This document shows positions 19,178-28,711 of a stretch of 37,481 nucleotides of DNA, in pieces. A program made the position numbers and the translations under genes. The notes beneath the pieces are model-generated. The model searched no databases, had not been told where the DNA came from, and worked only from the letters and a program-made list of their open reading frames with translations. This DNA is from Clostridia bacterium (GTDB lineage: Bacteria; Bacillota; Clostridia; DUPQ01). Numbering within the stretch: the stretch's first letter is position 1; each line of letters starts with the position of its first letter. The stretch lies in contig JAQVAJ010000001.1 in NCBI GenBank assembly GCA_028690885.1, forward strand, positions 1 to 37,481, in the 5' to 3' direction.

Positions 19178-19201
19178 TAGGTCTTTGACCTTGAATGAAG
19201 A

Positions 19202-19621
19202 ATGGAAATTGAAAGAAGAAATGAAAATAATATAATTGGTAAATTGAAGGCTGTGATACTGCTTATGCTTGTATTCACAGCTTTATTTTTAATAATTTTC
19301 AGATATGGCGAGATGATAAACCTGAATTATGATATTACCAGACTTAATAATGAATTGAGAGAAAAAACGGGTATCAATTCTGCTTTGTATGCTGAATTGG
19401 ATAAACAGGTTACTATTAATGATATCAAGTACACTGCCGAAACTAAACTTGATATGAATAAACCAAGAAATGATCAGATAATATACATAAATACCAAATT
19501 AAGTGATGATTATAATTCACAAGAAAAAGATAACTTCTATACTATGACTTCTTCTGTTTATGAAAGAATAAATCATACCTTTAAAAATATAGTTGAGATA
19601 TTTAAGGGTTCAAATGAGTGA
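19202..19621 (+). CDS. ftsL: Cell division protein FtsL-like (bitopic membrane protein)
   Basis: 139 aa with one TM helix (AVILLMLVFTALFLIIF) followed by a coiled-coil-like stretch. It occupies the conserved slot between rsmH and the class B PBP. The call rests on position and architecture rather than sequence similarity. Confidence 0.6.
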   Translation: MEIERRNENNIIGKLKAVILLMLVFTALFLIIFRYGEMINLNYDITRLNNELREKTGINSALYAELDKQVTINDIKYTAETKLDMNKPRNDQIIYINTKLSDDYNSQEKDNFYTMTSSVYERINHTFKNIVEIFKGSNE

Positions 19622-19657
19622 AAAAATATTGTATGATTCAATAAGCGGTTTAATAAT

Positions 19658-21877
19658 ATGAATGATATAGAAAACAAAAGAAGTAATAAAAAAGAAAATG
19701 TAAAAACTGAAGTTGTATACAATAATAATCTAACTAGAAAAAGGCTATTAGTTCTTATGGCAGTTTTCATTATAATTGCAATGGTTATTGCAGGATATAC
19801 AGGATATATTCAGCTTGTTTGGGCAACAGAACTTAAAGTAAAAGCATATGAGCAACAAAATCAAGATAGAACAATAAAAGCAAGTAGGGGAACAGTTTAC
19901 GATTGCGAAGGAAATGTTCTTGCAATATCAATAAGTGTAGATACTATTTCAGTAAGCCCTGTAACAGTGCAGAAGAATAAAGATATAACTGTTGAAGAAA
20001 TAGCTTCAGATTTAAGTAACATATTGAATCTTGAATATGAATCAACACTTAATAAATTGAAAAGTGAAAGCCAATATCAGCTTATTGCATCAAAAGTTGA
20101 CAGACAAATTGGTGATGTTATAAGAGATTATATTAAAACTAATAGTGTTGCTGGCATTTATGTACAGCAAGATAGTAAACGATATTATCCATATGGCAGC
20201 CTCGCTTCACATGCAATCGGATTTGCAGGTGATGATAATCAGGGATTATTTGGTTTGGAACTTTCTTTAGATAAGTATTTAAAAGGCACTGATGGTAAGA
20301 TTTTGACAGAACTAGATGTTGCAGGTACAGAATTGCCATTTGCTTTTGAATCACGAATAGAAGCCATAGACGGATTTGATGTAATCACAACACTTAATAC
20401 AGATATTCAGAGAATAGCAGAAAAGATAGTAGAACAAGCAATTGAAGACAATAAGTCTGAAGATGGTGCAGTTTGTATAGTATCAAACAGTAAGACTAGT
20501 GAAATTCTTGCAATGGTATCTAGTCCTGGATTTGATTTGAATAATCCTCGATTATTACGTGAAGGATACACAATAGAAGGGTGGACTGGACTTCGTTCTT
20601 CTGATGTTCAGCTTCTGTATAGTACAGTTTGGCGAAATAAAGCACTCATGGATACATATGAGCCTGGTTCAACATTTAAATCTATTACAACAGCAATGGC
20701 ACTAGAAGAGGACATAGTTGAACTTGATACTATTGTCGATGACTTTCCTGTAACAGTATTCGGCTCAACAATACATTGCTGGTCTAAAGAATATCCTCAT
20801 GGAACAGAAACATTTCTTCAAGCAGTATATAACTCATGTAATCCTGTTTTTGTTAAAATTTCGCATCTTATCGGAATAAAGACTTTTTATGAGTATGTCG
20901 AAGCTTTTGGATTTAAAGATAATACAGGAATAGAGCTCATAGGAGAAGGAACAAGTATTTTTCATGATGAACCAACAAAACTGGATATGTCAGTTGCTTC
21001 TTTTGGACAGAGATTTCAAATTACACCTATACAAATGGTCGCCGCTTATAATGCTATTGCAAATGGCGGTTATTTGATTGAACCCAGTTTGACAGATGCT
21101 GTTATTGACAAGCAAGGTAATACTGTTTACGATTTTGAACCAAAAGTGGTTAGGCAAGTTATTTCCCAGGATACCTCAGATCAGTTGAGAATGGTTCTTG
21201 AGGGAGTCGTAAAAGAAGGAGGAGGTAAGAATGCTTATGTTGAAGGATATAGGGTTGCTGGAAAAACAGGAACAAGTGAAACTATTGTAGATGATGTTTA
21301 TATATCATCATTTATTGGTTTCGCTCCTGCCGATAATCCAGTTATAACTGTTTTATTCATTGTATTTAATCCTCAAGGTGATTCTTATTACGGAAGTCAG
21401 GTTGCAGCACCTTATGCAAAATTAGTATTTGAGGAATCTTTAGGAGTTCTTGGGGTAGAAAAAGATGGAGTTGTTAATAATGTAAATTCAGTTTATGTTC
21501 CTAATCTGAACGGTTTTAATGTTGAAAAGGCAACTCAAAAATTGAAGAGTTATGGATTAAGTTACCAAATAGAAGGTAGTACAGCTGGAGAAGATGTAAC
21601 AATTATGTACCAATATCCAGAAAGCGGAACGAAAATTAACCAAGATGGTGTTATAATACTTTATACATATGTGCCTGAGAATAAGAAAACTGTAAGAATT
21701 CCGTATCTTATTGGAAAGCAGGAGCAGGAAGTTATAAAAACATTGAAAGATCTTGGGCTTAACGTTAATGTTGATGGTAATGGAACATGTATTTCAGTAC
21801 AGTATCCTGCAGGAGCATATGTAGAAAAAGGAACTATTGTGAATATTACATTCAGATATACAGATTATCTTGATTAG
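19658..21877 (+). CDS. Class B penicillin-binding protein (FtsI/PBP2B/SpoVD type) with two C-terminal PASTA domains
   Basis: Transpeptidase motifs STFK (GSTFKSI), SCN (YNSCNP) and KTG (AGKTGTSE). N-terminal TM anchor. Two PASTA-like repeats (VPNLNGFNVEKATQKLKSYGL and IPYLIGKQEQEVIKTLKDLGL). Confidence 0.92.
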   Translation: MNDIENKRSNKKENVKTEVVYNNNLTRKRLLVLMAVFIIIAMVIAGYTGYIQLVWATELKVKAYEQQNQDRTIKASRGTVYDCEGNVLAISISVDTISVSPVTVQKNKDITVEEIASDLSNILNLEYESTLNKLKSESQYQLIASKVDRQIGDVIRDYIKTNSVAGIYVQQDSKRYYPYGSLASHAIGFAGDDNQGLFGLELSLDKYLKGTDGKILTELDVAGTELPFAFESRIEAIDGFDVITTLNTDIQRIAEKIVEQAIEDNKSEDGAVCIVSNSKTSEILAMVSSPGFDLNNPRLLREGYTIEGWTGLRSSDVQLLYSTVWRNKALMDTYEPGSTFKSITTAMALEEDIVELDTIVDDFPVTVFGSTIHCWSKEYPHGTETFLQAVYNSCNPVFVKISHLIGIKTFYEYVEAFGFKDNTGIELIGEGTSIFHDEPTKLDMSVASFGQRFQITPIQMVAAYNAIANGGYLIEPSLTDAVIDKQGNTVYDFEPKVVRQVISQDTSDQLRMVLEGVVKEGGGKNAYVEGYRVAGKTGTSETIVDDVYISSFIGFAPADNPVITVLFIVFNPQGDSYYGSQVAAPYAKLVFEESLGVLGVEKDGVVNNVNSVYVPNLNGFNVEKATQKLKSYGLSYQIEGSTAGEDVTIMYQYPESGTKINQDGVIILYTYVPENKKTVRIPYLIGKQEQEVIKTLKDLGLNVNVDGNGTCISVQYPAGAYVEKGTIVNITFRYTDYLD

Positions 21878-21891
21878 CAGAAAGGTAGTAT

Positions 21892-23385
21892 ATGGATATA
21901 CATCAATTATTGTCTAAAACAGATTATATCAAAGCATCTCATTTAAAGGATGTTATAATATCAGGAATTTCATTTGATTCAAGAAAAACAAAAAAAAATG
22001 ATATTTTTGTTGCGATTGATGGGGCAGACGAAGACGGTCACAAATACATAGATAATGCGATTCAAAAGGGAGTTGCTGCTATTGTTATCACAAAGGAATA
22101 TGATTTTTACAGAAGTAAATATCCACAAGTAGCAACTATATTAGTTGAAGATTCAAGAATATTTTTGGCACAGTCATCGGCTTTGTTTTTTGATTATCCA
22201 TCCAAAAATATGAATATCATTGGTATTACAGGTACAAAAGGAAAGTCTACTATTTCTTATATGATTAAAAATATATTTGATAAAGCAGATTTAAAAAGCG
22301 CTGTAATTGGAACTATTGGTATAAGTTACAATAATAAATTAATTGAGACAAATACGACTACACCTTCATCATACGAGCTAAATCAAATTTTTTCCGATAT
22401 AAGAAATGAAAAAATATCTAACTGCATAATGGAGGTTTCATCAATTTCAATGAAGATGAACAGAGTATATGGGTTACATTTTAATATAGGGATGTACACT
22501 AATCTTACACAAGCTCATATAACTCAAAGAGAGCATCCTACATTTGAAGATTACTATAATTCTAAAAAAAAGATTTTTGAAAAAAGTAAAGTAATGTTGG
22601 TAAACATTGATGATGAGAATGTGGAAAAAGCACTTAATGAATATTTAGTTAGTGATCATTATATAAAAACAGATAACAGAATAATATCAATCGGTATAGA
22701 TAAAAAAGCTGATATTATCGCTGAAAATATAGTTTATAAAAATGATAAAAGCAGTTTTACATACAAAGGGCTGAATAAGTGCTTTGATGTCTTGATTGAT
22801 ATACCTGGACGGTTTAATATTTATAACAGTTTATTTGCTATTACAGCAGCATTATTAAATGATGTAGACATAATTCACATACAAAATGGACTTTCTGATG
22901 TTCAAGTAAGAGGAAGATGTGAGAAGGTAGATATTGGTAAAGATTATACTATGATGATTGATTATGCACAAACTCCTGATAGCCTGTTAAAGATTCTACA
23001 GGCAGTAAGAGAAACAAAAACATCAGGAAGGATTATAACTTTATTCGGTTGTGGAGGTGACAGAGATAAATCAATGAGACCAATGATGGGTAAAATTTCA
23101 GGTGAAAATTCTGATTTTACTATAATAACTTCTGACAATTCCAGGACAGAGAAGCCTGAAAAAATTATTAGTATGATTGAAGACGGAATAAAACAGACTA
23201 ATGGTCAATACATATGTATAACTGATAGAACAGAAGCAATTAGATATGCGATGAAGATAGCAAAAAAAGATGACATAGTGATACTCGCCGGTAAAGGAAA
23301 TGAGACATATCTTGATGTTATGGGAGTGAAAACACATTATGATGAAAGGGAAGTTATATTTGGTATTTTGGAAGGAAAAATATGA
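21892..23385 (+). CDS. murE: UDP-N-acetylmuramoyl-L-alanyl-D-glutamate--2,6-diaminopimelate ligase
   Basis: Mur ligase P-loop GITGTKGKST, GCGGDRDKSMRP, and DNSRTE in place of the DNPR motif. The Arg associated with meso-DAP specificity is retained. Confidence 0.92.
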   Translation: MDIHQLLSKTDYIKASHLKDVIISGISFDSRKTKKNDIFVAIDGADEDGHKYIDNAIQKGVAAIVITKEYDFYRSKYPQVATILVEDSRIFLAQSSALFFDYPSKNMNIIGITGTKGKSTISYMIKNIFDKADLKSAVIGTIGISYNNKLIETNTTTPSSYELNQIFSDIRNEKISNCIMEVSSISMKMNRVYGLHFNIGMYTNLTQAHITQREHPTFEDYYNSKKKIFEKSKVMLVNIDDENVEKALNEYLVSDHYIKTDNRIISIGIDKKADIIAENIVYKNDKSSFTYKGLNKCFDVLIDIPGRFNIYNSLFAITAALLNDVDIIHIQNGLSDVQVRGRCEKVDIGKDYTMMIDYAQTPDSLLKILQAVRETKTSGRIITLFGCGGDRDKSMRPMMGKISGENSDFTIITSDNSRTEKPEKIISMIEDGIKQTNGQYICITDRTEAIRYAMKIAKKDDIVILAGKGNETYLDVMGVKTHYDEREVIFGILEGKI

Positions 23386-24734
23386 ATATAAAGTTAAGTT
23401 CTATATATAATATATTTCAAAACTTATTTTGCAAGGATATAGATAAAAACATTACTGGAGTATCTATTGATACAAGAACGCTAAAAGAAAATGATTTATT
23501 CTTCGCAATTAAAGGAGACAATTTCGACGGACATTGTTTTGTTAATAAAGCAATTTCTTTGAATGCTGCAGCAGCTGTTTGTTCTAAAGAAGATAATTAT
23601 AATGGTGATGTAATCTATGTAAATGATACAACAGAAGCGTTACAGGACTTTGCAAGGTATTACAGAAATATGTTTGACATTCCATTTATAAGCATAACAG
23701 GCAGTAATGGTAAAACAACAACTAAAGAATTAATAAATACTGCAATATCTACTGAAATGAAAACCTGCTACACAATAGGTAACTTAAATAATCAGACAGG
23801 CGTTCCTCTGACTTTGTTTTCACTCAATGAAAATACTCAAGCAGCAGTTATAGAAATGGGTATGAATAGTATTGGTGAAATCAGAAAGTTATCATATATA
23901 GTTAAACCCAAAATTGCAGTAATTACAAATATAGGAACCAGTCATATAGGCATGCTTGGTAGTAAAGAGAACATTTTTAAAGCAAAAACGGAGGTTCTTG
24001 ATTATGTTGATAATGGTTATCTTGTAGTTAATGGTGATGATGATTTTCTTTCATCAATCAAAGATTCTGATAATTACAAAGTAATAAAAGTTAGCATTTA
24101 CAATAATGATGCAGATTATATTGCTCAAAATATTGTTCAAAATGAAGATAATACTTATTCATTTACTGTTAATAGTAAAAATATCAATCTTTCAATCCCA
24201 GGATTTCATAATATTTATAATGCCCTATGCGCATTTGCAGTTTCTGATTTACTTAAGGTAAATACTGATAAAGCATCTAAAGCAATAAGTGAATGCAAGA
24301 ATCAGAAAATGAGAACCCAAATAAGTGTTATTAATGGATATACTGTCATTAATGATGCATATAATGCGAATTATGACTCCATGAAAGCATCTTTAGAATT
24401 ATTGGGAAACTACAATAAGCGAAAAGTTGCTATATTAGGAGATATGCTGGAGTTAGGCGATTATGAAAAGTATTTTCATATTAAGGCAGGTGAGATTGTA
24501 ACAGATAACAGTATAGATGTCTTGATTGCTATAGGCAAAAATGCTGATAATTATTATCAAGGAGCTGTAGATTCCGGCATGAGAAGCGCTTGTATTTACA
24601 GGTATGCCAGCATAGAAGAATCAAAAAATACTATTAAAGATATAATACAAAAAGATGATGTAATATTGCTTAAAGGCTCAAGAGGTTCTGCAATGGAAAA
24701 GTTAATGGATATATTTGAAGAGGAGATTATATGA
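23382..24734 (+). CDS. murF: UDP-N-acetylmuramoyl-tripeptide--D-alanyl-D-alanine ligase
   Basis: ITGSNGKTTTKE P-loop, NDAYNANYDSMKASLELL, GDMLELG. ATGA overlap with murE. Confidence 0.93.
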   Translation: MNIKLSSIYNIFQNLFCKDIDKNITGVSIDTRTLKENDLFFAIKGDNFDGHCFVNKAISLNAAAAVCSKEDNYNGDVIYVNDTTEALQDFARYYRNMFDIPFISITGSNGKTTTKELINTAISTEMKTCYTIGNLNNQTGVPLTLFSLNENTQAAVIEMGMNSIGEIRKLSYIVKPKIAVITNIGTSHIGMLGSKENIFKAKTEVLDYVDNGYLVVNGDDDFLSSIKDSDNYKVIKVSIYNNDADYIAQNIVQNEDNTYSFTVNSKNINLSIPGFHNIYNALCAFAVSDLLKVNTDKASKAISECKNQKMRTQISVINGYTVINDAYNANYDSMKASLELLGNYNKRKVAILGDMLELGDYEKYFHIKAGEIVTDNSIDVLIAIGKNADNYYQGAVDSGMRSACIYRYASIEESKNTIKDIIQKDDVILLKGSRGSAMEKLMDIFEEEII

Positions 24735-25684
24735 TAATTGCTGCTATTGTTACTTTTGTATTGACGGTTATATTAGGAATACTTATGCTTCCTGTATTAA
24801 AAAAAATGAAAATTGGTCAAGTTGTTAGAGATGACGGTCCTAAAGAACATCTTAAAAAAACTGGAACTCCTACAATGGGAGGAATTATATTCATCATTCC
24901 AATTTTAGCTTGCACCTTATTTGTCGGATGGAAGGATCCTCTAGTTCTTGCTTCTTGTGCTTTAATTCTAGTATCATCAATAGTAGGCTTTATTGATGAT
25001 TTCTTGAAGATAAGAAAGAAGAATAAAGATGGTCTTAAACCTATATTTAAAACGATATTTTTTATAGTAATATCACTACTGTATGCAATATTTATTGTGT
25101 ATTTTACTGATATCGGTTCAGATATAATAATACCTTTTACAAATACATCAAAGATATTTTATGTTCCTGGATGGATATATGTTATTTTTATAGTTCTGTT
25201 CTACAATGCGGTCATTAATGCAGTTAATTTTACTGATGGAGTTGATGGGTTATGTGCTTCTGTGACTTCTGCAGTCTTTATTTTCTTTGCAGTATCTTCG
25301 CAGATAATTTTTAAAAATGAAAACATGACCTATCTTTCAATTATAGTTATTTTTGCTATGATAGGCTATCTTGTATTTAATGTTCATCCTGCAAAATTAC
25401 TTATGGGTGATACCGGTTCACTAGCTCTAGGAGGAGTAGTCACTGCAATCTCAATCAACCTTAGAATTCCGTGGATTATATTAATTGTCGGCATTATATA
25501 TGTTATAGAAATATTATCTTCTGTAATACAGGTTATGCATTATAAGAGGACAAAAAAAAGGATTTTCTTAATGGCTCCAATTCATCATCATTTTGAGCTT
25601 ATGCACTGGAGCGAGAATAAGATAGTTATTATATTTACAGCAGTAACACTCGCAGGGGGTATACTTGCATTTTTAATGATTTAG
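24731..25684 (+). CDS. mraY: Phospho-N-acetylmuramoyl-pentapeptide transferase
   Basis: KKTGTPTMGG, IDDFLKI, NAVNFTDGVDGL, MGDTGSLALGG and MAPIHHHFEL motifs. ATGA overlap with murF. Confidence 0.96.
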   Translation: MIIAAIVTFVLTVILGILMLPVLKKMKIGQVVRDDGPKEHLKKTGTPTMGGIIFIIPILACTLFVGWKDPLVLASCALILVSSIVGFIDDFLKIRKKNKDGLKPIFKTIFFIVISLLYAIFIVYFTDIGSDIIIPFTNTSKIFYVPGWIYVIFIVLFYNAVINAVNFTDGVDGLCASVTSAVFIFFAVSSQIIFKNENMTYLSIIVIFAMIGYLVFNVHPAKLLMGDTGSLALGGVVTAISINLRIPWIILIVGIIYVIEILSSVIQVMHYKRTKKRIFLMAPIHHHFELMHWSENKIVIIFTAVTLAGGILAFLMI

Positions 25685-25727
25685 AGGAGGAGTATGAACA
25701 GCCACTGACTGCATCATACAAGGGATT

Positions 25728-26846
25728 ATGTTAAGGAGTAATGGCAGAAATAAAACTGATTTTGTAATTTTCTTATTTGCGCTTGGATTGACCGCCTTTG
25801 GTTTATTGATGATTTTCAGCGCTGGTGCTCCTTATGCGAAAAGCAGATTTAACGATATATATTATTTCATAAAAGACCAGATGTTTGCTGCAGTAATTGG
25901 ATTAGTATTAATGCTTATAGCTTCGAGTGTAAGTTATAAATTGTATAGAAAACTCAGCTGGATTATATTTCCAATAGGATTAATACTACTGATTTTAACT
26001 TATATACCTGGTATTGGAGTAGCATACAGTGATGCAAGAAGATGGATAAATATCGGATTTGAGTTCCAACCATCAGAAATATATAAATTAGCTTTTATTG
26101 TTTTTCTCTCAAAAATAATTCTTGATTTTAAGAAACTGGATAAACCATTAATAGGATACTTTGTAACTATGGGTATCACTTTATCATCTGCACTTATAAT
26201 CTTTTTTCAGCCTCACTTAAGTGCTGCAATAATAATCACTTTGGTAGGATTCGTAATTATTTTTATTGGAGGTACAAAAATAAAATATCTCGTTCTTACT
26301 GTATTACCTGTAATCACATTGGCAGTTATTGGTGCATTTACCTATGATTACATGAAAGAAAGGATAATGACTTGGCTGGACCCTTTTGCATATCCTACTG
26401 ATTTAGGATATCAGATAATACAGTCGCTATATGCAATAGGCTCGGGGGGGCTTTTTGGAGTCGGACTCGGTAAGAGCACACAGAAATTTTTATATATTCC
26501 AGAACCGCAAAATGACTTTATATTTGCTATTCTTGCAGAAGAATTAGGATATATTGGTGTATTTTTAGTAATTGCGATGTTTTGTATGTTGTTATGGAGA
26601 GGGATAAGGATAGCAATATATTGTGAAGATATGTTTGGAACACTTCTTGCTACTGGAATTACTTCATTAATCTTTATTCAAGCTGCTCTAAATATCGCTG
26701 TTGTAACGGGCCTGGTTCCGAATACAGGTATTACACTTCCATTTTTCAGTTTTGGAGGAACCAGTCTGGTAATGTTTTTAACGCAAATCGGTATATTGTT
26801 GAATATTTCTAAACAATCTGTAGATAAAAGGGAGTTGAATGTATGA
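25728..26846 (+). CDS. ftsW: SEDS-family protein FtsW/SpoVE (dcw-cluster copy)
   Basis: FQPSEIYKL, QPHLSAA, NDFIFAILAEELGYIG and TLPFFSFGGTS motifs. 372 aa. Position between mraY and murG. Confidence 0.9.
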   Translation: MLRSNGRNKTDFVIFLFALGLTAFGLLMIFSAGAPYAKSRFNDIYYFIKDQMFAAVIGLVLMLIASSVSYKLYRKLSWIIFPIGLILLILTYIPGIGVAYSDARRWINIGFEFQPSEIYKLAFIVFLSKIILDFKKLDKPLIGYFVTMGITLSSALIIFFQPHLSAAIIITLVGFVIIFIGGTKIKYLVLTVLPVITLAVIGAFTYDYMKERIMTWLDPFAYPTDLGYQIIQSLYAIGSGGLFGVGLGKSTQKFLYIPEPQNDFIFAILAEELGYIGVFLVIAMFCMLLWRGIRIAIYCEDMFGTLLATGITSLIFIQAALNIAVVTGLVPNTGITLPFFSFGGTSLVMFLTQIGILLNISKQSVDKRELNV

Positions 26847-27940
26847 AGATTCTGATTGCAGGCGGAGGTTCTGCAGGACATATAAATCCAGCTATATCAA
26901 TTGCAAAGGAGATTGTAAAACACAAACCTGATTCAAAAATTTTATTTATTGGATCACAAAAAGGTCTTGAGAAGGACCTTGTGCCACGAGAAGGCTTTGA
27001 TATTAAATTTATAGAAATTGAAGGGTTTAAAAGACCTCTAACATTTAAATCCATTAAAACAGTTTTTATAATGATAAAAGGATTTTTTCAAGCGAATAAA
27101 ATTGTTCGTGAATTTAAACCTGACATATCCATTGGAACAGGAGGATTTGTATCAGGACCTGCTATTTTTGCAGCATATCTTCATAAATCAAAAATAATGA
27201 TTCATGAACAGAATGCTTATCCAGGTGTAACCAATAGAATGTTAAGCAGATATTCAGATGTAGCAATGACAAGTTATGAGTCAGCTTCAAAATTTTTTAT
27301 CAAATCAAAAAAAACTGTACTTACTGGGAATCTTATTGATGATTGCTTTTCTTCAATGGAAAAGTATAAACCAACAGAAGGTAAAAAGACTATAGTAATA
27401 ATAGGCGGTAGTCAAGGTGCAATGACAATTAATAATGCAGTTATCGGAATGATAAATGATCACATGAATAAGGATGATTTTAATCTAATATTTGCTCCTG
27501 GAAAAAAGTATTTTCAGCAAGTAGTAAGTAAAGTAATAAATAAACTGAACAATGTTATGATTCATGACTATATTTATGAAAGAAATACTATATATGCAAA
27601 AGCTGACTTAATGGTTATTCGTGGTGGTGCAATATCTATAAGCGAGATACTTGCTATGGGTAAACCTGCTATAGTTATACCATCTCCTTATGTACCAGAT
27701 CATGCACAAGAAAAAAATGCACAAATGATTTATAATAATGGAGCTTGTGAGATAATGTATGATAACGAAACCTTAACATCACATGCTTTGTATGAGAAAA
27801 TTTATAGTTTACTTAATAATAATCAAAGACTAATAGAAATATCAAAAAAAGCTTATTCTCTTGGTATACGAGATGCTAATGAAAGGGTATATAAAGAATT
27901 TTTGGAGGTATCTGATGAAATTAACAGTGTTGGGAAATAG
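26843..27940 (+). CDS. murG: Undecaprenyldiphospho-muramoylpentapeptide beta-N-acetylglucosaminyltransferase
   Basis: MKILIAGGGSAGHINPAISIA G-loop, GTGGFVSGP, IIGGSQGA and RGGAISISEILAMGKPAIVIPSP. ATGA overlap with ftsW. Confidence 0.95.
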   Translation: MKILIAGGGSAGHINPAISIAKEIVKHKPDSKILFIGSQKGLEKDLVPREGFDIKFIEIEGFKRPLTFKSIKTVFIMIKGFFQANKIVREFKPDISIGTGGFVSGPAIFAAYLHKSKIMIHEQNAYPGVTNRMLSRYSDVAMTSYESASKFFIKSKKTVLTGNLIDDCFSSMEKYKPTEGKKTIVIIGGSQGAMTINNAVIGMINDHMNKDDFNLIFAPGKKYFQQVVSKVINKLNNVMIHDYIYERNTIYAKADLMVIRGGAISISEILAMGKPAIVIPSPYVPDHAQEKNAQMIYNNGACEIMYDNETLTSHALYEKIYSLLNNNQRLIEISKKAYSLGIRDANERVYKEFLEVSDEINSVGK

Positions 27941-28619
27941 CGGTCCATATCCAAGTGCTGAAAGACCGTGTTCTGGATATGTTGTTGAACTAAACAATAA
28001 GTTAATAATTCTTGATCTTGGAAGTGGAACTCTTATGAACTTTCAGAAAAGTTATAATATCGAAGATATTTCTTTTGTTATCCTATCCCATCTTCATTTT
28101 GACCACATGTCAGATATTCTGGTTTTACGCTATGCATTACAAGTTAAAAAAATGAAAATTGATTTATATTTACCAAAACAGCCCAAAAACATATCTTCAG
28201 TTTTAGCGTGTGATGAGTTTAATTTAATATTCATCAATCAGAACACTAGTATAAAAAGAGATGGATTTGATATTTCTTTTACAAGGACTACACATCCTGT
28301 TGAAACTTATGCAATTAAAGTTAATAATAGATTTGTTTACTCTGCAGATTTATCAGAACCCGATGATTTAGATGAATTTGTATATGGTGCTGATACCTTA
28401 TTAATTGATTCTGCTTTTTTAACAATTCAAAAAGGTAATAAAAAATTATTTCATTTATCTGCAACTGAATGTGCAATGATCGCAAGCAGACACAGGATAA
28501 AGAATTTACTACTTACTCATCTACCTCCTGATGCAAAACAAGCAGTGTATATTGATGAAGCTAAACCTTTTTTTGATAATGTAAGTGTTGTTCAAGTGAT
28601 GCAAAAAATTGATATGTAA
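27915..28619 (+). CDS. MBL-fold metallo-hydrolase
   Basis: HxHxDH motif (SHLHFDHMSD) plus downstream H/D ligands (TTHPVE, LLLTHL). The ORF track starts at 27861. GGAGG at 27904-27908 lies 6 nt before ATG 27915 (MKLTVLGNSGPY), which is the more credible start. The gene still overlaps the murG 3' end by 26 nt. Confidence 0.8.
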   Translation: MKLTVLGNSGPYPSAERPCSGYVVELNNKLIILDLGSGTLMNFQKSYNIEDISFVILSHLHFDHMSDILVLRYALQVKKMKIDLYLPKQPKNISSVLACDEFNLIFINQNTSIKRDGFDISFTRTTHPVETYAIKVNNRFVYSADLSEPDDLDEFVYGADTLLIDSAFLTIQKGNKKLFHLSATECAMIASRHRIKNLLLTHLPPDAKQAVYIDEAKPFFDNVSVVQVMQKIDM

Positions 28620-28711
28620 TTCTAATATTTTATATGGTTTTTATAACAATTCTATTAAAATGCTTTATAATATAAAAAATATGGTCTATTATATTGTCTG
28701 AAGGAAATGAA

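Noticed and set aside
21892-23385. MurE carries DNSR instead of the canonical DNPR motif, considered as a possible change of the third-position amino acid of the stem peptide.
   Set aside because: The Asp, Asn and, critically, the Arg associated with meso-DAP recognition are retained. Only the Pro is replaced, so there is no basis for predicting altered specificity.
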